This document shows positions 46,957 to 56,665 of a stretch of DNA of 64,000 nt, piece by piece. Every line of letters begins with the position of its first letter. Position 1 is the stretch's first letter. Source of the DNA: Sphingomonadaceae bacterium. GTDB taxonomy: Bacteria > Pseudomonadota > Alphaproteobacteria > Sphingomonadales > Sphingomonadaceae. The notes under the pieces were generated by a model that saw nothing but the letters and a program-made list of their open reading frames with translations, was not told where the DNA came from and did not search any database. The stretch is taken from assembly GCA_041736905.1 (NCBI GenBank), contig JBGSSR010000078.1, positions 1,283 to 65,282 on the forward strand. The letters are read 5' to 3'. Made by a program: the position numbers and the translations under genes.

Positions 46957-47637
46957 TCAGCTATTTTCCAAGAGCAAGCGCATTAATATCGCGCGGCATT
47001 CGCCATCGATTATGCCATCGACCATTTCGGGACGGAAACGGCGTTGAAACGCTGTCGTCGCGGCGCGGCCATCATCGACCGCATAGCCATAGCGTTCGAG
47101 GGCGAGGAGAAACGCCGCATCGCTCCACCCCGGATCGGTCAGCACCTTGGCCGGACGCGGGACGGCCAACCCGCGCGAAGCCAAAGCGTGCCAATCAAAC
47201 AATTCGCCGGGGTCGTCCTTACGCGCAGGGGCAATGTCGCTATGCCCGACCACATTGCGCGGCTCGATGTTATAGGTGCGCACGATTTCGGCGCACATTG
47301 GAAGGAGCGAACTCATTTGCTCTTCGGTAAAGGGGCGGTAGCCCCATTCGTGCCCCGGATTGACGATTTCGATGCCGATGGAGCGGCTATTGATGTCCTC
47401 CATCCCACGCCAGCGAGAAACACCCGCATGCCATGCGCGATGGTCTTCCTGCACCATTTGGATGATGGTGCCATCTTCCTCAACGCAGTAATGCGCCGAG
47501 ACACCGGCATCCGCGCTGGTCATCCGTTCGATGGCTTCTGGCCCGCTTTGCATGCCCGTGTAATGTAACACTAGCATCGAAATAGGGTGCGCGCGCTCGT
47601 TAAAGTTGGGCGATGGGGTCCAGATTATGTCGTCCAT
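46957..47637 (-). CDS. N-acetylmuramoyl-L-alanine amidase (AmpD-like) with C-terminal peptidoglycan-binding domain
   Basis: SPNFNERAHPISMLVLHYTGM, AHYCVEEDGTI, RAWHAG and GHSDIAPARKDDPG blocks. C-terminal FQRRFRPEMVDGIIDGE is PG_binding_1-like. Confidence 0.88.
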   Translation of the reverse strand: MDDIIWTPSPNFNERAHPISMLVLHYTGMQSGPEAIERMTSADAGVSAHYCVEEDGTIIQMVQEDHRAWHAGVSRWRGMEDINSRSIGIEIVNPGHEWGYRPFTEEQMSSLLPMCAEIVRTYNIEPRNVVGHSDIAPARKDDPGELFDWHALASRGLAVPRPAKVLTDPGWSDAAFLLALERYGYAVDDGRAATTAFQRRFRPEMVDGIIDGECRAILMRLLLENS

Positions 47638-47650
47638 GCCCCGCCTCCGC

Positions 47651-48298
47651 TTATGCCGCCTGCATCACCATGGCGCCGATGATCAGGCCATTGTCGCCGT
47701 CATTGGCAATCTGCACCATGCCGCCACCTTGTTTGGCAAGGTTGGACACCATCCACGCGGCAGCCGTCCGGCTGTCGATTTCCGACGCGGCAAGCTCACC
47801 CGCAAGAGCACGGCGGATGTTGGCGTCCATCACAAGACGCGGCCCTTCGGCGCGCACGACGATTTCGGTTGTGCCACCGCGCCGTTCGGCCGCCACATTG
47901 ACGACACCGCCACGTAGCAATGCTTCATTGGCGATATAGATGAGGTTAAGCATAATCTTGACTGCACCCTTGGGCAGATGTGCGGCGGGGACCATCCACT
48001 GCAATTGTGTGCGGCCCGAACCAGTGACGAGACTTTCAATCGCTTCTCTTGCCTCGCCCGGGTCAACTTCCGCTCCGAAACCGCCTGCTGCGCCAAAGGC
48101 AAGGCGGAAGAATTTCAACTTATCCGCCGCCGCCTTCGCGCTGTCCGCCAGCAATTCTAGGCACCGCGCGCGCATATCGGGGTCTTGCTCATCGGCCATC
48201 AATTCGATGCCGTTATTCATCGCCCCCACAGGGCTAAGGAGGTCATGGCACAGGCGTGAACACAGCAGGGCGGCAAGGTCGGGTTGATTATCGGTCAT
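47651..48298 (-). CDS. chpT: Histidine phosphotransferase ChpT
   Basis: LAALLCSRLCHDLLSPVGAMNNGIELMADE is the ChpT/HPt-like DHp signature. About 215 aa. The ORF opens at 48376. Confidence 0.85.
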   Translation of the reverse strand: MTDNQPDLAALLCSRLCHDLLSPVGAMNNGIELMADEQDPDMRARCLELLADSAKAAADKLKFFRLAFGAAGGFGAEVDPGEAREAIESLVTGSGRTQLQWMVPAAHLPKGAVKIMLNLIYIANEALLRGGVVNVAAERRGGTTEIVVRAEGPRLVMDANIRRALAGELAASEIDSRTAAAWMVSNLAKQGGGMVQIANDGDNGLIIGAMVMQAA

Positions 48299-48513
48299 AG
48301 TTATCCTGAAAAACGCATGGCAATACAGCCCCGTCTTTGGCGATAGCGGCGTGGTGATGCAACCCCGCTGTGCCACAATTTCAATAGCAAGCGGTAAAAA
48401 CCGGCCAAGCCATGGCCCATCTGCGACGGCCCGCCAACTTTACAAAACGCCGCCGCAAAATATCGGTCATCGTTACGCTTGATAAAGCATCATCCATTTC
48501 CCACATATAGGAT

Positions 48514-49494
48514 GTGAGCGGGGAACAATCAAAACGAACCGGCGTGCTGACCGAAGGACGGTTGGACAAGGCCTTGGCGGATGCTGTCCCCGATTTGTCG
48601 CGGGAACGGATAAAGGCGCTGATTTTAGAGGGCCAATTGACCCTCAATAATCGCCGCGCAACGAAGCCGTCCGAGAAAATCGAGGTCGAAACTTCATTCG
48701 AATTGATTATCCCTGGTTTGCGCCCCGTCGATACCGTGGCGGAAGATATCGCCCTTAATATCGTATACGAAGACAGCGATTTGCTGGTCATCGACAAGCA
48801 AGCCGGCCTAGTCGTCCACCCCTCCCCCGGCCATCCCGATGGCACATTGGTCAATGCCCTGCTACACCATTGCAAGGGGCAGCTTTCGGGCATTGGTGGC
48901 GAGGAGCGCCCCGGCATTGTGCACCGCATCGACGCGCTCACCAGCGGGCTGCTCGTTGTGGCGAAATCCGACGCCGCTCATCAAGGGCTAAGCACGCAAT
49001 TTGCCGAACACAGCATCGAACGCCTGTATCAAGCCATTGTGAAGGGCGTGCCCAATCCGGCAGAGGGCAAAATTTCCACCACCATTGGCCGCTCAACCAC
49101 CGACCGGAAGAAAATGGCGGTTTTGGGCCCCTATGACGCCGCGCGCGAAATGACGCCCTACCTTAAGGGCAAACACGCGATAACCCATTACAAAATATTA
49201 CAAGCCGGACGCGATTGTGCGGTGGTACAGTGCAAGCTGGAAACGGGCCGAACGCATCAGGTGCGCGTGCACATGGCGCATATCGGCCATCCTTTAATCG
49301 GTGATCCACTTTATGGGCGCAAAAGGAAATTGAAACAAATGGGACCAAAAGAGTCGGAATTCGCAAGACAGGCCTTGCATGCCGCCACACTTGGTTTTAT
49401 TCATCCTATATCGGGCGAAAAAATGCGTTTCGAAAGTCCGATTCCTGTCGATATGCAGGAACTGTTAAGCGAATTGTTCGTTATAACATCGTAA
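48514..49494 (+). CDS. rluD: RluA-family 23S rRNA pseudouridine synthase (RluD-like) with S4 domain
   Basis: S4-like N-domain (RLDKALADAV...), LLVIDKQAGLVVHP and HRIDALTSGLLVVAK catalytic Asp block. GTG start. Confidence 0.88.
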   Translation: MSGEQSKRTGVLTEGRLDKALADAVPDLSRERIKALILEGQLTLNNRRATKPSEKIEVETSFELIIPGLRPVDTVAEDIALNIVYEDSDLLVIDKQAGLVVHPSPGHPDGTLVNALLHHCKGQLSGIGGEERPGIVHRIDALTSGLLVVAKSDAAHQGLSTQFAEHSIERLYQAIVKGVPNPAEGKISTTIGRSTTDRKKMAVLGPYDAAREMTPYLKGKHAITHYKILQAGRDCAVVQCKLETGRTHQVRVHMAHIGHPLIGDPLYGRKRKLKQMGPKESEFARQALHAATLGFIHPISGEKMRFESPIPVDMQELLSELFVITS

Positions 49495-49562
49495 CGCAAT
49501 CGCCGTGAAGCCTGGGGTGCTTGATGAGGCCTTGGGATGCGGCAACGAAAGGTGAGTATATT

Positions 49563-50468
49563 ATGTCGAATGCTGAAAAGGTTCCGGCTACTATCCCTGC
49601 TCTGGGGGGGGATGCGTCGCTCAATCGTTATCTTGCGGAGATCCGCAAGTTCCCAATTCTAAAACCTGAACAAGAATATATGCTGGCCAAACGCTACGCT
49701 GAACATGGCGACAGCGAGGCCGCACACCAACTGGTCACGTCCCACCTGCGTCTCGTGGCGAAAATCGCCATGGGCTATCGCGGTTATGGCCTGCCTGTCA
49801 GCGAATTGATTAGCGAAGGTAATATCGGTCTGATGCAGGGTGTAAAGAAGTTTGAGGCCGAGCGCGGCTTCCGTCTTGCCACTTATGCGATGTGGTGGAT
49901 CCGTGCGTCCATTCAGGAATTCATCCTGCGCAGTTGGAGCCTCGTTAAAATCGGCACCACTGCCGCGCAGAAGAAGCTGTTCTTCAACCTACGCCGCATG
50001 AAAAATCAGTTGCAGGCGTTTGAGGATGGCGATTTGTCACCCGAGGATTTGGCCAAAATCGCGACCGACCTTGGCGTGTCAGAGGAAGAAGTTACCAATA
50101 TGAACCGCCGTATGGCGATGGGCGGCGATGCTTCGCTTAACGTCTCCATGCGCGAAGATGGCGATGGCCAGTGGCAAGATTGGCTTACCGATGGCGGGCC
50201 GTTGCAGGACGAAATCGTTGAGGAAGCCGAAGAGGCCGACATCCGTCACGACCTTCTGCGAGAAGCAATGGACGCGTTGAACGAGCGGGAGCAACACATC
50301 CTGACCGAGCGCCGCCTGACCGAAGACCCACGCACTCTGGAGGAATTGAGCCAAGAGTATAACGTCAGTCGGGAACGCGTCCGCCAAATCGAAGTGCGCG
50401 CGTTTGAAAAGCTGCAGAAGGCGATGCTGCGCATTGCTGGTGAAAAGCGACTAATCGCGGCGGTTTAA
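49563..50468 (+). CDS. rpoH: RNA polymerase sigma-32 factor RpoH
   Basis: LNRYLAEIRKFPILKPEQEYMLAKRYAEHGD, LVTSHLRLVAKIA, and an RpoH-box-like QKKLFFNLRRMK. Region 4 reads VSRERVRQIE. Confidence 0.93.
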   Translation: MSNAEKVPATIPALGGDASLNRYLAEIRKFPILKPEQEYMLAKRYAEHGDSEAAHQLVTSHLRLVAKIAMGYRGYGLPVSELISEGNIGLMQGVKKFEAERGFRLATYAMWWIRASIQEFILRSWSLVKIGTTAAQKKLFFNLRRMKNQLQAFEDGDLSPEDLAKIATDLGVSEEEVTNMNRRMAMGGDASLNVSMREDGDGQWQDWLTDGGPLQDEIVEEAEEADIRHDLLREAMDALNEREQHILTERRLTEDPRTLEELSQEYNVSRERVRQIEVRAFEKLQKAMLRIAGEKRLIAAV

Positions 50469-50491
50469 ACCTCTGTTTTTTTGAAATTCAA

Positions 50492-50531
50492 GGCGGCGGC
50501 GAAGGGCAACTTTCGCCGCCGCTGCTTTTTT
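50492..50531 (+). terminator. Rho-independent terminator of rpoH
   Basis: GGCGGCGGCGAA-GGGCAAC-TTCGCCGCCGCT hairpin (11-12 bp), followed 2 nt later by TTTTTT. Confidence 0.88.
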
Positions 50532-50587
50532 ACATTCCCGCAATTCGGCGCTTGGCGTGGATGCAGGGGCGCGGTATGCCATGACCC

Positions 50588-51283
50588 ATGAACGCCCGCA
50601 CTCGATCCTTTAACAGTTCCAACTGGTTTATTCGTTGGGTGGTGTATCCCATCCTTTACGTCATCGGCATCGCGTTGATTTTCATTTTATTATACGCGCT
50701 GGTCCCTGTGCCCACCACCATCACTATGCTGACCGATCCCAATGGTGTTGAGCGCGATTGGGTGCCATTGGAGGACATCTCGCCCAACATGGTGCGCGCT
50801 GTAATCGCGGCGGAGGATGGCAAATTCTGCACCCACAACGGCTTCGACCGCGAGGCGATCGAGTTGGCCATGAAAGAAAACGCGCGCGGTGGCCGCATCC
50901 GCGGTGGCTCCACCATCAGCCAGCAAACGGCGAAGAACGTCTTTCTTTGGCAAAATGGTGGCTATTTCCGGAAAGGTTTGGAGGCCGTATTCACCTTTGC
51001 CATCGAAAATATTTGGGGCAAGCGGCGCATTATGGAGGTATATCTCAACGTCGCTGAAACCGGCATCGGCACTTATGGTGTGGAGGCCGCGTCGCAACGC
51101 TATTTCAACAAACCGGCCAGCGAATTGACGCTACAAGAGGCATCGCGCATTGCCGCCAATTTGCCGCAACCCAAAAAACGCCCCGTCGTCAACCCAAGCG
51201 GATTCACCCGCCGATACGGCAACGCCATCGCCGCACGCGTTGCGATTGTGCGGGGCAGCGGGTTAGACGAATGTATTTATTGA
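50588..51283 (+). CDS. mtgA: Monofunctional biosynthetic peptidoglycan transglycosylase
   Basis: N-terminal TM, then [29 protein letters not shown] and [13 protein letters not shown] (GT51 motifs). Confidence 0.92.
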   Translation: MNARTRSFNSSNWFIRWVVYPILYVIGIALIFILLYALVPVPTTITMLTDPNGVERDWVPLEDISPNMVRAVIAAEDGKFCTHNGFDREAIELAMKENARGGRIRGGSTISQQTAKNVFLWQNGGYFRKGLEAVFTFAIENIWGKRRIMEVYLNVAETGIGTYGVEAASQRYFNKPASELTLQEASRIAANLPQPKKRPVVNPSGFTRRYGNAIAARVAIVRGSGLDECIY

Positions 51284-51308
51284 TTTTTCAGACGAAGGAA
51301 ACGAACTC

Positions 51309-52421
51309 ATGAAAACCCGCGCCGCCGTTGCTTTTGAAGCAAAAAAGCCTTTGGAAATCGTCGAATTGGACCTTGAGGGGCCAAAGGCTGGCGAAGTTTT
51401 CGTCGAGATTATGGCCACAGGCGTGTGTCACACCGATGCTTATACTTTGGACGGCTTCGACAGCGAAGGCATATTCCCATCGGTCTTGGGCCACGAAGGC
51501 GCAGGGATTGTGCGCGAAGTTGGCGCAGGCGTGACCAGCGTCAAACCCGGCGACCACGTCATCCCGCTCTACACACCGGAATGCGGAAAATGCAAAACAT
51601 GTTTGTCTGGCAAATCAAACCTGTGCACCGCCATCCGCGCCACGCAGGGTCAAGGATTAATGCCAGATGGCACGACGCGCTTTTCCTATAAAGGGCAGCC
51701 GATTTTTCATTATATGGGATGCTCGACGTTTAGCAATTTCACCGTCCTGCCCGAAATCGCTGTTGCCAAAATCCGAGAGGATGCGCCGTTTCAAAGCGCG
51801 TGCTACATAGGGTGCGGCGTCACCACCGGCGTTGGCGCTGTCACCAAAACCGCCAAAGTGCAACCAGGGGATAACGTGGCCGTTTTCGGCCTGGGCGGTA
51901 TCGGGCTCAACGTAATTCAGGGGGCAAAGCTGGCGGGAGCCAACCGCATCATCGGCGTGGATATTAACCCCGCGCGGGAGGATTGGGGCCGCCAATTCGG
52001 CATGACCGACTTCTTGAACTCCAAGGGGTTAAGCCGCGAGGAAACCGTGGCGAAGGTCGTCGAACTAACCGATGGCGGCGCGGATTACACCTTTGACGCC
52101 ACCGGCAATACCGAGGTTATGCGCACGGCGTTGGAGGCTTGCCATCGCGGTTGGGGCACATCCATCATCATCGGCGTGGCCGAGGCGGGTAAGGAAATCA
52201 GCACTCGCCCCTTCCAACTCGTAACCGGCCGAAACTGGCGCGGCACGGCGTTCGGCGGGGCAAAGGGTCGAACCGATGTGCCGGAAATCGTTGATATGTA
52301 TATGACTGGCAAGATTCAAATCGACCCGATGATCACGCACGTCATGGGGCTGGAGGAGATCAACACCGCCTTTGACCTGATGCACGCGGGCGAGAGCATC
52401 CGCAGCGTCGTGGTGTTCTAA
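51309..52421 (+). CDS. adhC: S-(hydroxymethyl)glutathione dehydrogenase / class III alcohol dehydrogenase
   Basis: [50 protein letters not shown] and VFGLGGIGL blocks. Confidence 0.93.
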   Translation: MKTRAAVAFEAKKPLEIVELDLEGPKAGEVFVEIMATGVCHTDAYTLDGFDSEGIFPSVLGHEGAGIVREVGAGVTSVKPGDHVIPLYTPECGKCKTCLSGKSNLCTAIRATQGQGLMPDGTTRFSYKGQPIFHYMGCSTFSNFTVLPEIAVAKIREDAPFQSACYIGCGVTTGVGAVTKTAKVQPGDNVAVFGLGGIGLNVIQGAKLAGANRIIGVDINPAREDWGRQFGMTDFLNSKGLSREETVAKVVELTDGGADYTFDATGNTEVMRTALEACHRGWGTSIIIGVAEAGKEISTRPFQLVTGRNWRGTAFGGAKGRTDVPEIVDMYMTGKIQIDPMITHVMGLEEINTAFDLMHAGESIRSVVVF

Positions 52422-52428
52422 CACCCCA

Positions 52429-52455
52429 TTGGCGCGGGCGGAAAACCCGCGCCAA
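52429..52455. terminator. GC-rich hairpin between convergent adhC and astD (no U-tract)
   Basis: TTGGCGCGGG-cggaaaa-CCCGCGCCAA is a 10-bp perfect stem filling the 35-nt convergent spacer. Terminator function is inferred only. Confidence 0.4.
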
Positions 52456-52456
52456 A

Positions 52457-53881
52457 CTAGGGCTTCAGGCCAACGGCGATCGTCTCCGTCACGCCCTCGC
52501 TTTGCACACCGGCGACGGGATAAGCGCAATAGTCGGCGGCGTAAAAGGCACTTGGCCGATGGTTGCCGGAAAGGCCAATACCGCCGAAGGGTGCCGCGCT
52601 GCTCGCGCCATTTGTAGGGCGGTTCCAGTTGATAATGCCTGCCTTCACCTCGGCGGCGAAACGGTCGAATAGCGCGGAGTCCCCGCCCACCAATGACGCC
52701 GAAAGGCCAAAGCGTGTGGCATTGGCGCGGGCAATCGCCTCGTCAAACTGGCTGGCCGAATAAAATTGCGCGATGGGGCCGAACAGTTCGGAATCCGCTG
52801 CTTCCGCGGCCCCGCGCATGTCAACAATGGAGGGTGTTAGGAACGGTTTATCGTCCATCAATCGCTGCTGCTCAATGACCGCTTTGCCGCCCGCCGACAA
52901 CAAAGCGGCATTGCCCGCCTGCAAATGGTCGGCGGCGGCATTGTCGATGACCGGCCCCATAAAGGGCTGCGGGTCGGCAAACGGCGCGTCGATGATGAGG
53001 CGATGAGTAAGCGCGGCGACTGCTTCAGTCACTGCATCAAAATGTGCGTCCTGCACAATAATTCGCCGCGCACAAGTGCACCTCTGGCCGCTGCTCAGGA
53101 ACGAAGATTGCACGACCAGCGCGGCAATCGCTTCCATCTGCGCTAAGTCCGGCTCCCAAATAACCAACGGGTTGTTGCCGCCCATTTCCAGAGCCAGCAT
53201 TTTCCATGGCGTCTCACCAAATTGCCGTGCGAGTTTCAGGCCCGTCGTGCTGCTGCCCGTAAACAGCAATCCGTCAATGCCATCATGTCCGGCCAACGCC
53301 GCGCCGATGTCGCCATAACCAAAAACCAATTGAAACATGCCATCGGGAAGCCCGGCCCGCGCCCATAAATCGGCCATAAAAGCAGCCGTGGCGGGGGTTT
53401 TTTCGCTGGGCTTAAACACAATCACATTACCGGCCAGCAGAGCGGGGACGATGTGCCCATTGGGCAAATGCGCAGGGAAATTATAGGGGCCAAGCACCGC
53501 CAAGACGCCATGCGGTCGGTGGGTGAGCGTGCGCGTAAAGCTGCCCTCATCATGCGACGATTGCCCCGCTCGCTCGGTTTGCGCCTTGATGGAAATACCA
53601 ACCTTAGCCGCGACCGTGGCAACCTCTGTTTGGGTTTCCCAAAACGGCTTTCCCGTTTCATTGGCGATCAGTCGCGCAAAGGCATCCTTCTCGGCCAACG
53701 CCAGTTCGGCGAACCGCTGCGCAACGGCAATGCGATCGTTTCGTTCCGTTGCGGCCCAAGCACGCTGCGCCGACTTAGCAGTTAGCAAAATACCGTCGAG
53801 CGCGGCGACGGGCGTAATCGCCTCAGCCCAAATTACTTCGCCCGTTGCGGGGTTCATGGATTGCAACTTAGAATGCGACAT
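52457..53881 (-). CDS. astD: N-succinylglutamate 5-semialdehyde dehydrogenase
   Basis: Aldehyde dehydrogenase blocks (FKPSEKTP, LEMGGNNP, SGQRCTCARR). Overlaps the astA stop by 14 nt. Confidence 0.82.
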   Translation of the reverse strand: MSHSKLQSMNPATGEVIWAEAITPVAALDGILLTAKSAQRAWAATERNDRIAVAQRFAELALAEKDAFARLIANETGKPFWETQTEVATVAAKVGISIKAQTERAGQSSHDEGSFTRTLTHRPHGVLAVLGPYNFPAHLPNGHIVPALLAGNVIVFKPSEKTPATAAFMADLWARAGLPDGMFQLVFGYGDIGAALAGHDGIDGLLFTGSSTTGLKLARQFGETPWKMLALEMGGNNPLVIWEPDLAQMEAIAALVVQSSFLSSGQRCTCARRIIVQDAHFDAVTEAVAALTHRLIIDAPFADPQPFMGPVIDNAAADHLQAGNAALLSAGGKAVIEQQRLMDDKPFLTPSIVDMRGAAEAADSELFGPIAQFYSASQFDEAIARANATRFGLSASLVGGDSALFDRFAAEVKAGIINWNRPTNGASSAAPFGGIGLSGNHRPSAFYAADYCAYPVAGVQSEGVTETIAVGLKP

Positions 53882-54914
53882 GGCGCGCCTCCTGTCCTTG
53901 GCTTAATCCCAGTTCGGCGGCGCAAGCGGTGGGCAAATAGACCAGACCGTCATCGAAAGCGGCCGGACCATGCCAGCATTGGAAATCGGCCCCCTGCCCC
54001 GTCGATAGCAACGCTTCACCCCACAACAAATCGGGATCATCGCTAAACGTCATCGGTGCGGCCTCTGATTGCGCCAAAGTCGCGATGGAATCGGTATCCA
54101 CCATCATCGTCGGCCCGCCATCGAAGATGTCGACATAGCCGTCATATCGGAACCCCTCCGCCCGAAGTAACCGCGCCGCGCCGCCGCCGTGGTCATGGTG
54201 ACGCCCGATAACGTCCCGTGTAGGTTCAGGCAGCAAACAACTGTAAATCGGGTATTTCGGCATAAGGTCCGCGATAAATTGATTGCCGTGCATGGAGTTG
54301 TGCAGGTCCGCCTCGCTAAACGGCATTTGGAAAAATCGCCCGGCTAGCCCATCCCAGAACGGGCAGGTGCCGTCCTCATCAATCCACCCGCGAAGCTCAG
54401 AAATCGTGCGGTCGGCGAAGCGATTGCGATGCGATGCCATGAACATATAGCGGCTGCGCGCCACCATGCGGCCCAACCCGCCGGAGCGTAGTTTGGCCGA
54501 GAGGAACAGGCCGCCGACTTCGCTTGTCCCTTCCAAATCATTGACCAAATTCAGCACTTCGTTGCGGATAATCCGGTCGAGCTTTTGGTTATATTGGCTG
54601 AGCCGCGTGATTTTATAGCTGTAAAATGGCCATTTTACGCCAACCATAGAAAACAACATGGCGGTGCCGCAAATTGCGCCCGTCGTGCGGTCTTCAAGCA
54701 GCAGGATGTATAGCTCATCCTCCGGCGCCGTCGAATTTTTGGCCATGCTCCCCACGCTCCAATCGAGCCGCGCGCGCAGGGCGTCGGGGTCGTTCGGGAT
54801 GTTGGTGAAGCCCGGCCCCGTTTCCTTGGCCAGCGCGACCAACGCGTCAAAATCGCCATCACGCGCCGCGCGCATGACGAAGCGGGGGGCGTCCATGGAC
54901 ACAATATCGCTCAT
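53868..54914 (-). CDS. astA: Arginine N-succinyltransferase
   Basis: FVMRAARDGDFDALVALAKETGPGFTNIPNDPDALRARL matches the AstA N-terminal pattern. About 348 aa. Adjacent to astD. Confidence 0.82.
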   Translation of the reverse strand: MSDIVSMDAPRFVMRAARDGDFDALVALAKETGPGFTNIPNDPDALRARLDWSVGSMAKNSTAPEDELYILLLEDRTTGAICGTAMLFSMVGVKWPFYSYKITRLSQYNQKLDRIIRNEVLNLVNDLEGTSEVGGLFLSAKLRSGGLGRMVARSRYMFMASHRNRFADRTISELRGWIDEDGTCPFWDGLAGRFFQMPFSEADLHNSMHGNQFIADLMPKYPIYSCLLPEPTRDVIGRHHDHGGGAARLLRAEGFRYDGYVDIFDGGPTMMVDTDSIATLAQSEAAPMTFSDDPDLLWGEALLSTGQGADFQCWHGPAAFDDGLVYLPTACAAELGLSQGQEARHVAF

Positions 54915-56140
54915 TGAAAAAGCGCCTCCTCCTGCGCCAATTGTATTAGGGTCAGGAAGGTCAATTGCGCCCGTTCTGTGAGCGAATCGATGATGACATA
55001 TTCCTGATCGCTATGAATATTGCCGCCGCGCACGCCCAAGGTATCGACCACGGCGACGCCAACTGCGGCCAGATTATTGCCATCGCATACACCGCCGCTG
55101 TCATGGCGGGGCAGCGCAAGGCCCAAGTCGCGTCCTGCGCTTTCGACGATGGAGAACAGACGTTCGGTGCGCGCATCCAAAGGCTTTGCGGGGCGATAAA
55201 AGCCACCGCTTAGGGTGATTTCCACCCCGCGTTCATTCGTAATAATGGCGATAATGGCCGCAATATCGCGCTCTATCTGCGCCTGCATATCTGGCCCGCT
55301 CACTCGCATGTTCCAACGCACCACGGCCAAATCTGGCACAACGTTATTGGCAGCACCGCCATCGATTTTGGCAACATTGACACTAAGCCCGGCGTGGGTG
55401 GCGCGCAAGGCATCCAAGCGAATGGCTAAATCAGCCGCCGCCATTATAGCATTGCGCCCATCTTCCGGATTGCGCCCGGCATGAGCAGAACGACCGCCAA
55501 TCCGCGCGGCGAAATTGCCGCTGCCTTTTCGCGCGCCGGCCAGTGCACCCTCGGGCGACGTTGCGGGTTCAAAGATTAGACCAACAGGGCACCGCTTGCC
55601 TACCTCCGCCAACAACGCAGCAGATCCAAGCGACCCGACCTCTTCGTCGCTGTTGATGATGATTTCCCATCCCAAATCTGCGGCCCACGGCGTCTGCTCA
55701 AATGCTCGTAACGCCTCCAACATGACTAGCAATCCGCCCTTCATATCGGCCACCCCAGGTCCATGGATGGTGCCATCGTCGCGGATGATGGGAGTTTGGA
55801 ACGGACTATCGACCGGAAACACCGTGTCCATATGGCCGGTCAGCACAATATTTCGGTGAAACGTTCCGGCCTTTTTGATATGAATATGGTCGCCAAATTG
55901 CCTGAGTCTTTCATCGCCCTCAGCATCAAAATAAGGAGCCGAATTCGCGGGAACGGATGTGACAGGCTGCCCCAATTCACCAAACGCCGCTCGTAATATT
56001 TTATGAGTCGAAGCCAACCCAACGAGATTGCCACTACCGCTGTTTATCTTGGACCATTGCAACAAGCGGGACACCATAATGGCTCGCTGCGCCGCGATGT
56101 TGTCTAACCAATCCAAGGTATTCTTATCGAATGTGCTCAT
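54911..56140 (-). CDS. M20-family metallohydrolase (acetylornithine deacetylase / carboxypeptidase G2-like)
   Basis: LTGHMDTVFP, GPGVADMKGG and NSDEEVGS metal-ligand blocks. ATGA overlap with the astA start. Confidence 0.8.
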   Translation of the reverse strand: MSTFDKNTLDWLDNIAAQRAIMVSRLLQWSKINSGSGNLVGLASTHKILRAAFGELGQPVTSVPANSAPYFDAEGDERLRQFGDHIHIKKAGTFHRNIVLTGHMDTVFPVDSPFQTPIIRDDGTIHGPGVADMKGGLLVMLEALRAFEQTPWAADLGWEIIINSDEEVGSLGSAALLAEVGKRCPVGLIFEPATSPEGALAGARKGSGNFAARIGGRSAHAGRNPEDGRNAIMAAADLAIRLDALRATHAGLSVNVAKIDGGAANNVVPDLAVVRWNMRVSGPDMQAQIERDIAAIIAIITNERGVEITLSGGFYRPAKPLDARTERLFSIVESAGRDLGLALPRHDSGGVCDGNNLAAVGVAVVDTLGVRGGNIHSDQEYVIIDSLTERAQLTFLTLIQLAQEEALFQ

Positions 56141-56214
56141 GAAATCATGTTACGCACATAGGACATAAATGGTCAATGGTAGCCCTAGGCTTTTACATCA
56201 GCGCGTCCATTGTT

Positions 56215-56547
56215 TCAGTCAATTACAGGCGTTGTCTTATATAAAATATGGTCTGCATACAGCATATCCATATCTTCCAAAACCGTTGCCACTTCCTCAT
56301 CGGCAAACTCATTGGCTTCGGCGGTGCTTGACCCAGCAGAACGCTCATCCTTCACCACTGCCGCGTGAAAGTTGGCTTTTTCTGCTTCACACGCCGTTTT
56401 CGCCACCTCGACAAATTCGTCGGCCGTCTTTTTTTCTTTCAGCATGTCGGCGGTCAACTTGACCAAGCAATGCTCATACGCCTCGCGCGAGCCTTGCAGC
56501 GACGTTGCGCTAGCCGCTGCAGCGACAATAAATAACAACATGGACAT
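56215..56547 (-). CDS. Hypothetical small secreted protein
   Basis: MSMLLFIVAAAASATSLQ signal peptide, followed by a charged helical region. No recognised family. Confidence 0.5.
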   Translation of the reverse strand: MSMLLFIVAAAASATSLQGSREAYEHCLVKLTADMLKEKKTADEFVEVAKTACEAEKANFHAAVVKDERSAGSSTAEANEFADEEVATVLEDMDMLYADHILYKTTPVID

Positions 56548-56632
56548 AATGTATCCCCTAAACAAACGTCCGAACCGGAACTAACTTAGGCCAGTTCCCG
56601 CGAAAGCGAAAGTGCGAAATGTGCCGGACCAA

Positions 56633-56648
56633 ATGCAAATATTTGCAT
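56633..56648. repeat. Perfect 16-bp palindrome ATGCAAATATTTGCAT (candidate operator)
   Basis: Read directly from the sequence. Lies 18 nt downstream of the lpd stop and about 85 nt upstream of the small secreted-protein gene. Confidence 0.6.
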
Positions 56649-56665
56649 CATGCCGCCGCGTGCAT

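Noticed and set aside
46594-47047. Three overlapping plus-strand ORFs (130, 63 and 120 aa)
   Set aside because: They overlie the RNase P RNA gene on the minus strand. The conserved rnpB blocks explain the sequence conservation.
49604-49611. G8 homopolymer inside rpoH (codons Leu-Gly-Gly-Asp)
   Set aside because: It is in frame in an essential gene and simply encodes Gly-Gly. A single-sequence view gives no evidence for slipped-strand phase variation.
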